Below are positions 19,096-28,605 of a stretch of 64,000 nt of DNA, one piece after another (the stretch's first letter is position 1; each line of letters starts with the position of its first letter). Both the position numbers and the translations under genes were made by a program. Origin of the DNA: Candidatus Doudnabacteria bacterium (GTDB taxonomy: Bacteria; Patescibacteriota; Doudnabacteria; UBA920; VMFF01); NCBI GenBank assembly GCA_028286905.1, contig JAQBQP010000003.1, positions 23,317 to 87,316 on the forward strand, written 5' to 3'. The notes under the pieces are model-generated. The model made no database searches. It was not told the DNA's origin and worked only from the letters and a program-made list of their open reading frames with translations.

Positions 19096-20918
19096 TACAT
19101 TTTCTCCACGGTTTTAATACCCAGCAAAGCCAAGCCGTGTTGCAAATTATTTGCGACTGCGGCTAACAAATTTAAGCGTTCATTTTTCTTTTGCTCTGAA
19201 TCCGCGCCAAGCACGGAAACCTGATCATAGAAAGTATTGAACTTCGAAGAAAGTTCAAACAAATAATTACAGATTGCGGTAGGACGAAAATCTTTTGCGG
19301 CTGTCGCAACCGTTTCGTTGTAATGCAGCAAGTGTCGAATTAAAGCCTGCTCAGATGGTTCGGTTAAACTGACGGGCGCTAACGCTGTAAATGCGCCGGT
19401 TCCTGCTTCCCGCGCCTTTTCAAAAATACTTTGGATGCGCGCATAAGTGTATTGCAAGTAAGGTCCGGTGTTGCCTTCAATTGCAATCGTCTCTTCTAAA
19501 TCAAAATAAATTTTAGTATTACGGTCATACTTTAAATAACCATATTTAATCGCAGCAAAAGCTACTGCTTCAACTAATTCATCGTCATCTACGCTCGCCT
19601 TAATTTTTTGCGAAGCTTTCATGGTTTCGCGGACGCGCGCTTTAATCATAATTAAAAGATCGTCGGCGCTAACCGCATTACCAAGGCGCGAGGACATTTT
19701 ATTTTTACCTAGAAAAACATGTTCGTAGGGAAGGTGCTTGAAATTTTCTGCCCAAGGAAACTTTAACAGCACGAAGATTTTTCCAAGCACATCAAAGTGA
19801 TAAGCTTGTTCGGCGCTGGTAGTAACAATTGCGACATCCGGATTAAACTTTTCAGCACGCAAAGACCACAAATACATATCTTGGGTAATATAAATAGTTG
19901 TGCCATCTTTACGCAACAAATATTTTTTATCTAAACCTTGATCTGTTAAATCCACCGAAACACTACCATCTTCTTCTTTTTGAAAAACTTTTTCCTGAAC
20001 ACCTTTTAAAACTAAATCGCGGCCTTGATTGTAAATGTTCGATTCTTTTTCAACTTCATCGAATTCCGAACCTTCGCGAGCATAAGTTGCTTTAACGCCT
20101 TCAAAAAACCAATCATTCATTTTTTGCCACAAAGCTCTAGTCTCTGGGTCCCCCGCTTCCCATTTTTGCAAAAGCTCTTGCGCTTCGTTCTCGAGCGGCG
20201 TTGGCTGGGTCTGCACCGCGTGCGGCACGGCAGCATCGGTACTTAAAGTTGCGCTTTCGCTTGGCAACGCTGGCTTATCTTTTATATTTTCTTGTTCAAA
20301 CATTGAATAAAATTTGCCGACGAAATGGTCCGGCTTCAAACCCTCGCTCTGGGGAGTCTTTCCTTCACCATGCTTCATATACATCAGCATGCTTTTCATA
20401 ATGTGAATGCCGCGATCGTTTATTATTTCAGTGGCAATAACTTCATGGCCCGTGACGCGCAGCAAATTTATGTTCGCCATACCGTAAACATCGTTACGGG
20501 TATGTCCAATATGCAAAGGCTTATTTGTATTTGGACTGGAGTATTCGAAAACTACTTTTTTTGATGTACCGTCTGGCTTCTCGCCAATCTGTTCTATTGC
20601 TATATCAGTTTGCATCTCCAAAACGTTCTGTGCTGCTGCGGCGTCTGAAATAAAAATATTTATAAAGCCATTTACGACTTTTATTGTTTTAAAAATTTGT
20701 TTAGAATCTAATTTTTCTAACTCGCGTGCAATTATTTCGGCAACATCGTTCGGCTGGAATTTTCCTTCGCGCGCGATAGCAAGGGAGACGCTGGTGGTGT
20801 AATCACCAAAGTTTTCTTTTGGCACGTCTAAACGAAAATCAGGCAATGCCGTAATTTGCCCGTTTGATAACATTCCGCTTAAAACCTCAGAAATTAATTT
20901 CTGAATATATCTTTTCAT
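19095..20918 (-). CDS. argS: Arginyl-tRNA synthetase
   Basis: FGDY, EYSSPNTNKPLHIGH, KMSSRLGN, GNTGPYLQYTYARI, C-terminal EKM. Confidence 0.95.
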   Translation of the reverse strand: MKRYIQKLISEVLSGMLSNGQITALPDFRLDVPKENFGDYTTSVSLAIAREGKFQPNDVAEIIARELEKLDSKQIFKTIKVVNGFINIFISDAAAAQNVLEMQTDIAIEQIGEKPDGTSKKVVFEYSSPNTNKPLHIGHTRNDVYGMANINLLRVTGHEVIATEIINDRGIHIMKSMLMYMKHGEGKTPQSEGLKPDHFVGKFYSMFEQENIKDKPALPSESATLSTDAAVPHAVQTQPTPLENEAQELLQKWEAGDPETRALWQKMNDWFFEGVKATYAREGSEFDEVEKESNIYNQGRDLVLKGVQEKVFQKEEDGSVSVDLTDQGLDKKYLLRKDGTTIYITQDMYLWSLRAEKFNPDVAIVTTSAEQAYHFDVLGKIFVLLKFPWAENFKHLPYEHVFLGKNKMSSRLGNAVSADDLLIMIKARVRETMKASQKIKASVDDDELVEAVAFAAIKYGYLKYDRNTKIYFDLEETIAIEGNTGPYLQYTYARIQSIFEKAREAGTGAFTALAPVSLTEPSEQALIRHLLHYNETVATAAKDFRPTAICNYLFELSSKFNTFYDQVSVLGADSEQKKNERLNLLAAVANNLQHGLALLGIKTVEKM

Positions 20919-20964
20919 ATCGTTAATTATAGCATAAACTATGGGCAGAGCTTATCTTAGAACC

Positions 20965-21022
20965 TTATCCACTTTGTCCCCAGGCAGGCCCGGGGTAAAG
21001 GGCTGCGCCCAAGGGTGAACCT
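20965..21022 (-). repeat. Copy B of the CCT-phased repeat family (one unit shorter)
   Basis: Minus strand AGGTTCACCCT-TGGGCGCAGCCCT-TTACCCCGGGCCT-GCCTGGGGACAAAGTGGATAA; ends 2 nt before the smpB ATG. Confidence 0.75.
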
Positions 21023-21024
21023 CG

Positions 21025-21459
21025 ATGAAAACATTAGTAAACAACCGAAAAGCATATTTTGACTTTGCGATCAGCGATGAAATAATCGCTGGTTTAGTTT
21101 TGACCGGACCAGAAGTAAAAAGTTTGAAGGCTGGACAAGCATCGTTGAAGGGTGCTTACGTTACAATTCGTAAAGAAGAAGCCTATCTAACCAAAGCACA
21201 TATCACTCCTTATAAGTACGCCGCAGATAAAAATCCAGACCCAGACCGTGATCGCAAACTTTTATTAAATAAAAAAGAAATTGCTTCCCTAATTGGAAAA
21301 GAGAAAGGCAGCGTCATGATGCCATTAGAAATTCTCCAAGGCCATCGCGGGTTGATCAAGTTAAAAATTGGCATCGGCAAGGGCAAGAAAAAATATGATA
21401 AGCGCGAATCAATCAAGAAGCGCGAAATTAACAGAAGAATATCCAGACAAGAAGATTAA
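21025..21459 (+). CDS. smpB: SsrA-binding protein
   Basis: NRKAYFDF, GLVLTGPEVKS, RKLLLNKKEI, GKKKYDKRE. Confidence 0.95.
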   Translation: MKTLVNNRKAYFDFAISDEIIAGLVLTGPEVKSLKAGQASLKGAYVTIRKEEAYLTKAHITPYKYAADKNPDPDRDRKLLLNKKEIASLIGKEKGSVMMPLEILQGHRGLIKLKIGIGKGKKKYDKRESIKKREINRRISRQED

Positions 21460-21529
21460 TCCCGCACATGGCAGCACGCCGAACGCGGGATTTTATTTTT
21501 CTTTAATCCCCGTGCGCTAAAATTATCGA

Positions 21530-22063
21530 ATGAATACGAAATTATTTCTGACTCTTTCTCTGATTTGCGGATTAGTTTTTTATGATGATTTTAATCAGCG
21601 GCAAATAACTGCTAATAACCAATATGCCCAGACGTCTGTTTACTACTCTCAAACTTCGCATAGCGATGAACAAATAGTCAAAACGATCCAGGCAGCACAC
21701 AGCTATGTTTATTTTGCTATTTATACCTTAACCAAACAAAATATTGTTGATGCGCTAATCGCAGCAAAACTTCGAGGGGTAGATGTCAAAGGATTGGTAG
21801 ATTTTAATCAAAGCACAATCCCTCAAGAGAAACCTTATGTCGCCAAATTGAAAAAATATGGCATCTCGTTAAAGATTCCGCTTAAGCCTTCCGGGTTAAT
21901 GCATATAAAAATGCTGGTGACTGACAACACCTATGCTTCTGGCAGTTTTAATTGGACAACCTCGGCCACTAGCTACAACGACGAAGTTCTAGAAATCGGC
22001 AGTGTCAAAGGAATTCACGATCAGTACTTAAAAATCTGGCGAACACTAGACGCCAAATACTAA
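21530..22063 (+). CDS. Secreted PLD-like (Nuc/EndA-type) nuclease
   Basis: Single HKD motif HIKMLVTD...GSFNWT; N-terminal hydrophobic segment. Confidence 0.85.
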   Translation: MNTKLFLTLSLICGLVFYDDFNQRQITANNQYAQTSVYYSQTSHSDEQIVKTIQAAHSYVYFAIYTLTKQNIVDALIAAKLRGVDVKGLVDFNQSTIPQEKPYVAKLKKYGISLKIPLKPSGLMHIKMLVTDNTYASGSFNWTTSATSYNDEVLEIGSVKGIHDQYLKIWRTLDAKY

Positions 22064-22145
22064 TACCAACATTCAATTCCAACTCCGCTCATTGTCATAG
22101 CCTAGTTCTATCATTATAATAGAGTAAAGAATAATAATTTGGAGT

Positions 22146-23492
22146 ATGAACAATAAAATCAAGGTTTCAATCAAAGCAAATATCAGCCATCTAAACAGTC
22201 GTGAACGCGAGCTTCTAGCTGTTTTAAAAAAGGTGGTTTTACTAGTAAATCCGCTATACCAAGAACAAAAAAACAAAGGTTCTTATCCAGCAGATCTTAC
22301 GGTGGAAGAATTTGAAAGTTACGTTCAAGCAAACCCTAATCAAAAAGCGGCTTTAGAAAGCCCTTTCACAAATATTGTTCGAGATGGCGAAGCGCTTAAG
22401 GCGATACCCTATTCTGAAGTTTACAAAGAACATTTGGAAAAGATTGCTGCGGTTTTAATTCACGCTTCAGAACTTAGTGATAATGAACCATTCAAATATT
22501 TTCTAAAAATGCGCGCAAGCTCTTTTCTTACTAACGACTACCATCCGACAGATATTCAATGGGTTCATTTGCTAAATACTCCCTTGGAATTAACAATTGG
22601 GCCATTGGAAGAATACGACGACACTTTATTAGGAATTAAAAGAAGTTTTGAAGCAATTTTGGGCATTGCTATTCCTGAAGAGAATCAACGCTTAAAAATG
22701 TACCAAGAATTAGCCCGCGATTACGACGCCAGTCTTGCGCGAGAATTTGGATATAATCCAAGTGGCGGCAACACCCCAATGGTTATTATCGATGAGGTCA
22801 GTGCCGGCGGATACTCAGCAGATCGTTATATTCCAACTGCATTTAACCTACCTAACGATATTTTTATTCGCCAATCAGTTGGCAGCAAACAGGTTTTTAT
22901 TAGAAATGTGATGTCCGGCCGATTTAGCATCACCAAACAAATCGCTGAAAGAATTGCAGTTCGATATATTGAAAGAATGGATCCAGAAAAAATGCTGCAG
23001 TTTGTGATTGGACACGAACTCAGCCACGGTCTTGGCGTCTCAATGAAAAATGGATTGAAAGATTTGGCTTCAACTTTAGAAGAAGCTAAGGCTGATGTGC
23101 TCGGAGTAATGTTTATGTACTATATAGAAAAAATTGGCAAGCTTCCTGCAGGAACCGCAGAAGATATTGCGATCAGTCATTGTATTGATAGTATCCGTCA
23201 AATTTACCGCGACTCCGAAGGGGCGCATGGTTTCGGCGCAGTAATGCAATTGAACTGGTTAATTGCAAAAAATGCTTTAGCTTTAAACAATGGCGAAATG
23301 GTCTTTAATTTAGAACTGCTATCTCCTGCCTTACACGAACTAGGACAGCAACTAATCAGGCTTGGTACCGGAGGTGACTATAATAAAGCTAAGGAATTTG
23401 TAACTAAATGGGGTGATAAAATTCCTGGAATTTCCGAAGTAATCAAAAAGATCGCCGACGTCCCTACGGATCTAGAACCAGTATTTGAATAA
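22146..23492 (+). CDS. Peptidase M49 (dipeptidyl-peptidase III-like)
   Basis: TIGPLEEYDD, AFNLPND, HELSHGLG, LEEAKADVLG. Confidence 0.8.
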   Translation: MNNKIKVSIKANISHLNSRERELLAVLKKVVLLVNPLYQEQKNKGSYPADLTVEEFESYVQANPNQKAALESPFTNIVRDGEALKAIPYSEVYKEHLEKIAAVLIHASELSDNEPFKYFLKMRASSFLTNDYHPTDIQWVHLLNTPLELTIGPLEEYDDTLLGIKRSFEAILGIAIPEENQRLKMYQELARDYDASLAREFGYNPSGGNTPMVIIDEVSAGGYSADRYIPTAFNLPNDIFIRQSVGSKQVFIRNVMSGRFSITKQIAERIAVRYIERMDPEKMLQFVIGHELSHGLGVSMKNGLKDLASTLEEAKADVLGVMFMYYIEKIGKLPAGTAEDIAISHCIDSIRQIYRDSEGAHGFGAVMQLNWLIAKNALALNNGEMVFNLELLSPALHELGQQLIRLGTGGDYNKAKEFVTKWGDKIPGISEVIKKIADVPTDLEPVFE

Positions 23493-23571
23493 TTGAAAAG
23501 CGAGGAGCGGTGCGCTTCGCTTCGGCGTAATTCTAGCTTGCAGCCTCCGACTGCTAAGCAAAGGGAATTAA

Positions 23572-23609
23572 AAAACGGCATCTGCCTCTTTCGAGACAAA
23601 TGCCGTTTT
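23572..23609. terminator. Bidirectional terminator
   Basis: AAAACGGCAT / ATGCCGTTTT stem. Confidence 0.65.
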
Positions 23610-23616
23610 AATATAC

Positions 23617-23811
23617 TTAGTCACGCTTTACGTTGACAGCGTTAAGGCCCTTTTCGGACGTTTCCACTTCAAAGCTAACGTTATCGCCTTCGTGTAGTTC
23701 ATCGAACTGCACGCCGACTAATGATTTGCTGTGGAAGAACAAATCTTTTTGTCCTTCAGCAGCGATAAAGCCAAATCCGTTTGGAGCTAGCTTTTTGATT
23801 GTACCAGTCAT
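23617..23811 (-). CDS. Cold-shock domain protein
   Basis: GFGFI and DLFFH RNP motifs; KGLNAVNV. Confidence 0.95.
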   Translation of the reverse strand: MTGTIKKLAPNGFGFIAAEGQKDLFFHSKSLVGVQFDELHEGDNVSFEVETSEKGLNAVNVKRD

Positions 23812-24119
23812 TGTTTTTGATGCTTAGCGAGTAAAATGCAAATTTAAATTGGTTTGCGAGAAACTCGACTAATTTCTAACCACAAGTGTTTTGCTTCCCA
23901 AGCATGACAGATATTGCCTTTTATGTCAATGATCTTTTCTTGGCATTATCACCAATCTACCCTTGATTTAATCCATAATTTGTTGTATGATGAGCACATC
24001 AAATTCCCAGGAGGATATACAGAAAAGGAAAGAAGGTTCAGAAAGAAACGAAGCGCAGGAACGAAGCGGTCCAAGCCAACCCGGCTAGGACTTTCCATCC
24101 GAACCACCGGAACCTGATC

Positions 24120-24992
24120 ATGCAGACTCGACACACCGCACGTCTCAAGGCGATCGCAGCAACGATCGCTTTCGCAGTGATGGCCCTGTTCAGCTCAGCT
24201 GCCACGCTGGCCGCGCAGAACACCATCGTCACGCCGTCGAATCCGCAGGGATGGGCGGCGAACAGCATGTCTGGCGCGGCGACCGTTGGCATCACCAACG
24301 CGTTCCCGTTCAACGGAAACGGTTCGGTGGAGTTTACCAGCACCGGCCCCGCCGACCGTGCCCGCTGGCAGTTGGATCTCAGCCAGAACCTGCAGTCACT
24401 GGCGAACCTGGACAGCATCGGCATGAGCATGTTTCAACTGTCCAGCAACACCGGCAACCATGCGATCGTTCCGGCGATGAAGGTTCTGATCTATGACCCG
24501 CTCAACGCCCACGGCGTCTTCTTCACCGAAATGACCTGGGAATGGTATCTGAACAACCCCACGGGCACGTTCGCGGTGGACTCCTGGACCGGCGTCGACC
24601 TGATCAATCAGAACTGGTGGATCTCGCAGCTCGGCGGCAACCACACCAATGCCGACTGCAGCACCGGCTCGAACAGCGATCCGAACAGTCCGTTGGCGCT
24701 GGCGACCATCTCGCACTGGTCGAATACCTGCTATTCGCCAAGCGCGAAGTTCTACGCGATCGCAGCGGCCGCAGGCAGCGGCTGGACGGGCACCAACATC
24801 TTCGGAGTCGATAACGTCTACTACCAGGTGCGCGGCTCGTCGTTGTATTCCGCGAACTTCGAAGTCGCTGGATCGACCACCACTGCTCCGGAACCGGCAA
24901 CCTTCGGGCTGACCGCCACCGGCATCCTCAGCATGATCGGCGTCGGCGGAAACCACAGGCGTCGGCGTCGGAAGGCCCTCAACCCGGTCTGA
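24120..24992 (+). CDS. PEP-CTERM sorting-domain protein (GC-rich)
   Basis: Signal peptide; C-terminus TTTAPEPATFGLTATGILSMIGVGG-RRRRRK; promoter TTGATT-17-TATGAT at 23963-23991; terminator at 25041-25077. Confidence 0.85.
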   Translation: MQTRHTARLKAIAATIAFAVMALFSSAATLAAQNTIVTPSNPQGWAANSMSGAATVGITNAFPFNGNGSVEFTSTGPADRARWQLDLSQNLQSLANLDSIGMSMFQLSSNTGNHAIVPAMKVLIYDPLNAHGVFFTEMTWEWYLNNPTGTFAVDSWTGVDLINQNWWISQLGGNHTNADCSTGSNSDPNSPLALATISHWSNTCYSPSAKFYAIAAAAGSGWTGTNIFGVDNVYYQVRGSSLYSANFEVAGSTTTAPEPATFGLTATGILSMIGVGGNHRRRRRKALNPV

Positions 24993-25177
24993 AGAAGACG
25001 GGCACCGGCAGTAGCTTCTTGCTTTTCTATAGTACCCGCGAAACCGGGGGCCAGCACATCTGCTGTCCCCCGGTTTTCCCTTTTATCTAGTATTCGTTAG
25101 CACCTTAGTTATAAAATTATCTATATATCTAAATAGCAATATCCTGTAAACTTAAACTGTGCAATTAAAAAGAACTT

Positions 25178-25954
25178 ATGCAATCTAAAAATAACAAATT
25201 TTTTAGCGCCGTTATGGCAATCGCGGTAATAGGCGTTTTATTTTTTTATTATAAACATCGCGCAAATCAAAGCGCGGCACTTGTACCGGAACAGCTGACA
25301 ACAAATTCAATTCCTGAAACACCCGCAGTGCCGTCCCAAAATAATTCCGGGAATCCTACGACAAGCAATCCCCCCGCAACAAACCAAGTGTTATTAAAAA
25401 TACCTTTTACTTCTCAAGCGCCTACCGGCAATTGGGATACTTTGCATAATGAAGCCTGCGAAGAAGCGGCTGCAATAATGGCAAACGCTTATTTAACCGG
25501 CGACACCCGAGCAACTTTACCAGCCTCCGAAGTTGAAAAACAAATCGGTACTTTGACCGATTGGCAGCAAAAAAACTTTGGTTATAATTTAGATACTACT
25601 GCTGCAGAAACCGCAAAATTTATTGAAGCAGTTTATGGGCTTAAAACAAAAATCGTTTCAGACTACACTGAAAGCGATTTAAAAATGGAATTAGCGGCTG
25701 GGCATCCAGTAATTTTGCCCGTTAACGGCCAACTGATCGGCAATCCGTATTACAAACAACCGGGACCAATTTACCATATGCTTTTAGTTCGCGGCTATAC
25801 AGCGACTAAAATTATTACCAATGATTCTGGTACCAGGCATGGTGAAAATTATTTATATAGCTTTAATACCTTAAGCAATGCTGCCGCGGATTGGAATCAT
25901 TCTACTAATACTATTGATAGTTCAAAAAAAGTAATGATTGTCGTTTATAAATAA
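25178..25954 (+). CDS. C39-like cysteine peptidase domain protein
   Basis: PFTSQAP, ACEEA, YHMLLVRGY, TNDSGT. Confidence 0.85.
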   Translation: MQSKNNKFFSAVMAIAVIGVLFFYYKHRANQSAALVPEQLTTNSIPETPAVPSQNNSGNPTTSNPPATNQVLLKIPFTSQAPTGNWDTLHNEACEEAAAIMANAYLTGDTRATLPASEVEKQIGTLTDWQQKNFGYNLDTTAAETAKFIEAVYGLKTKIVSDYTESDLKMELAAGHPVILPVNGQLIGNPYYKQPGPIYHMLLVRGYTATKIITNDSGTRHGENYLYSFNTLSNAAADWNHSTNTIDSSKKVMIVVYK

Positions 25955-25964
25955 AAACATAACG

Positions 25965-26630
25965 ATGCCAAAAACAAACATCACTAAAACTATATTAATA
26001 ATTGCGCTAGGTCTAGCGATCGGAGCAATTGCTTACAATAAAATCCATCCGAAAGCCCTAGCTCAAAGCATTACATTAGCGGTTCCTTTTAGCGCCCAAG
26101 CCCCGAATGGGAATTGGGATCGAAATGAAGATTGCGAGGAGACCAGCATTACTATGGCAAATGCTTATTTAACCGGAACAACCGAAGACAAACTTCCTGC
26201 AGATGCGGCACAGCAAGCGATTAACAATCTTAAAAGCTGGGAACAAAAAAACTTAGGATATAACGCAAACACTGGTGTAGATGCTACCACTAAAATGGCA
26301 GCGGGGGCATTTGGTTTAAAAATTAAACCGCTGGTTAATTTTACAGAAAATGATTTAAAAACAGCTTTGTCGGATAACAAACCGATTTTACTTCCAATCA
26401 ACGCTCGACAATTAGGCAATCCAAAATACCAGGACACTGGACCGCTTTACCATATGATTGTTTTGCGCGGATATGATGGAGATAATTTTATCGTCAATGA
26501 TCCAGGCACTGAAGGCGGTGATGGCAATAGCTACACTTTTAGCATTCTGAAAAATGCTGCCGCGGATTGGAATCAAACAACCAAGTCGATGGATGCGACA
26601 AGAAAAATAGCGTTGATCGTTTCCAAATAA
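25965..26630 (+). CDS. C39-like cysteine peptidase (tandem paralog)
   Basis: PFSAQAP, DCEET, YHMIVLRGY, VNDPGT; ATG of MPKTN taken as the start. Confidence 0.85.
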   Translation: MPKTNITKTILIIALGLAIGAIAYNKIHPKALAQSITLAVPFSAQAPNGNWDRNEDCEETSITMANAYLTGTTEDKLPADAAQQAINNLKSWEQKNLGYNANTGVDATTKMAAGAFGLKIKPLVNFTENDLKTALSDNKPILLPINARQLGNPKYQDTGPLYHMIVLRGYDGDNFIVNDPGTEGGDGNSYTFSILKNAAADWNQTTKSMDATRKIALIVSK

Positions 26631-27080
26631 TTAATCTTTGAAAACAATTGGGATGCTAATTTTGTTTGTATCGCTACCATCTTTTGCGGATGCTTCGTAA
26701 ATTTCTACAGTACCTTTTGATGTTGAAGGTTTTAGATAAACAACGCTTTTAGAAAATGGGTAGAGCTTGTCATATGCGCCGGAAGCCATCGTTGTAGTTT
26801 CTGCTAAGACTTTGCCGGCATCATCTTTGATTCTAATACTAACCACCGCTTCAAAAAAGTTTGCTTTTCCAGAAACAATTACAGGACTTTTAATTTCTTG
26901 ATATGGTGTTGGCGTATAAAGTGCGGCAACGTTATTAGAATTAGAAACGGCTGGCTGGCTGGAAGTATTTGTAACATTCACCGGAGGAATTTCTGGAGTT
27001 TGTTTTTTATTATCAACCCAAAGCACTACACCAACCAGAACTACGACAATTAGAATAATAAACCCAAGATATTTTTTCAT
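26631..27080 (-). CDS. Gmad2 immunoglobulin-like domain protein
   Basis: SPVIVSGKANFFEA...SAKDGS; start MKKYLG at 27080, 6 nt after TATTAT. Confidence 0.8.
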   Translation of the reverse strand: MKKYLGFIILIVVVLVGVVLWVDNKKQTPEIPPVNVTNTSSQPAVSNSNNVAALYTPTPYQEIKSPVIVSGKANFFEAVVSIRIKDDAGKVLAETTTMASGAYDKLYPFSKSVVYLKPSTSKGTVEIYEASAKDGSDTNKISIPIVFKD

Positions 27081-27224
27081 AACCAGATAATAGCATAAAA
27101 AATGGCGCAAAAAAAGACGTTCCCTCAAACGTCGATTATTCTTATCTAAACGAAAAGCGCTCGCCACAATTGCAGCGAGCGCTTTAGTAAGCCTAGTGAC
27201 CTTGTTATACTTCCTCCTCTCGAA

Positions 27225-27791
27225 CTACTCCGGGTTCTTTGCAGCGTAAGACTTCAGTTCTACCGAATCGCGCTGATAGCTGTGGTAGGCAACCCGCAGC
27301 TCATTGACGTGCAGCTGCTCCAGGGTATTGAGCTTGGTGCGATATTCCATTCGCGCCGAATCAACAACTCGAAGATACCCTGCGATTTCTGGCACGCTTT
27401 TCTCCAAAGCGACGTGCTGTTCATAAGCTGCCGCTTTCTTCGCCCGGATCCACTTCGCGTAGGACTTCGGCACTGCCTGTTTCAGCTTTGCAAGCTGCGC
27501 AGTATCGAAGTCAGCAAAGCTTTGCCAAGCAGAATCCAGTTCCTGTTGCAGCTGCTTGGTGAGCATCTGGCTTAGCTGCTCAAACCGATGCTCGGTCTGA
27601 ATTCGAAGCCTTTCGTATTCAGCCCGCGAATGGATATTGTTGGCATCGATCACATTCGCGACAACCACGGTAGGGGTAAATGTCACTACCGGCGGCGTTG
27701 GCGATTGTGCTCCAGAAGAAAGATCCTTGCTGCAAGCGCAAACGACCCCAAGAACAGTGCAAAATTTCAAGAGATACGCCAGTCTATTCAT
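27225..27791 (-). CDS. GC-rich putative lipoprotein with coiled coil
   Basis: MNRLAYLLKFCTVLGVVCA-C lipobox-like segment; SD-like GGGGGT; TTGACC-17-TAATTT upstream. Confidence 0.6.
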   Translation of the reverse strand: MNRLAYLLKFCTVLGVVCACSKDLSSGAQSPTPPVVTFTPTVVVANVIDANNIHSRAEYERLRIQTEHRFEQLSQMLTKQLQQELDSAWQSFADFDTAQLAKLKQAVPKSYAKWIRAKKAAAYEQHVALEKSVPEIAGYLRVVDSARMEYRTKLNTLEQLHVNELRVAYHSYQRDSVELKSYAAKNPE

Positions 27792-27945
27792 ACCGACCCC
27801 CGTCAAAGTTTTCCGTATGCAATGCAGCGGATGTACTAAATTAACATGAGCAAAAGCTTTGGTCAAGCCAAATGCATTGATTGGCTATTATTGCGGTTAG
27901 CTGCTAAGCTCAATGGATAGCTTAGTATTCACGAAAGGTAACGAT

Positions 27946-28053
27946 ATGTTAGACGAACAAACTACTCCGGCTGCAGAACCAGCTAAGACAGAAACACCTA
28001 CAGAAGATCACGCTAAACAAGTTGGCGCTAAAACTGAAGACAACGCTGCCTAA
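27946..28053 (+). CDS. Small acidic protein, 35 aa (MLDEQTTPAAEPAKTETPTEDHAKQVGAKTEDNAA)
   Basis: SD GAAAGGT; terminator 28055-28090 directly after the stop; below the ORF-track cutoff. Confidence 0.65.
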   Translation: MLDEQTTPAAEPAKTETPTEDHAKQVGAKTEDNAA

Positions 28054-28129
28054 TAAAAATACCCCGGCCATATGGTCGGGGTATTTTTTTAAATCCTTAT
28101 TAGTTGCCAACGGTATTACAGAAGAAACA

Positions 28130-28483
28130 TTATTCTTGACTGTTCAACTTTACCGCAGCTTCAGGAGTAGAAACGCTTTTGCTCATCAAGAACATTCTTA
28201 CAATTCCCCAAGCGATCAACCAATAAACCAACATCGCTAAAATTGTAGTCCATTCAAAGACACTGCCAGCAACTTTAGTAATTCGGAAGACGCTTAAGAA
28301 TGGCGCTGCAAATGGGTAAGATGCGTTGTAAATAAAACTAGTAAAACCAGCATTAGGATTTGCACCTAATAATTTTAGAACAAAGCGGAAAGCAAGCAAA
28401 ACTTCTAAAATTCCAAGAATGTACCAAACTACTTGAGTACCTCGGTACAAGGGCTTAGTTGTTGGGGAGGAATATGAATCCAT
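28130..28483 (-). CDS. YggT-like membrane protein
   Basis: LLAFRFVLKLLGAN...PFAAPF...TTILAMLVY. Confidence 0.75.
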   Translation of the reverse strand: MDSYSSPTTKPLYRGTQVVWYILGILEVLLAFRFVLKLLGANPNAGFTSFIYNASYPFAAPFLSVFRITKVAGSVFEWTTILAMLVYWLIAWGIVRMFLMSKSVSTPEAAVKLNSQE

Positions 28484-28605
28484 AAATTTATTTCTTTTTA
28501 TAATGATTAACTACTTTCATTTTATACTCCCAGGCCAAAATGACTAGTAGCAATTGATCATATCTTTTGCTCAAAATTTAGGATATTTTTTGTACTTTAG
28601 TACAG

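Noticed and set aside
20190-20290. Low-complexity insert in ArgRS as an intein or mobile insert
   Set aside because: Too short, lacks intein motifs, and lies in a region that varies in this ArgRS subtype.
24038-25057. Multiple overlapping ORFs around the PEP-CTERM gene
   Set aside because: Shadow ORFs expected in GC-rich DNA; only 24120..24992 has recognisable signals.
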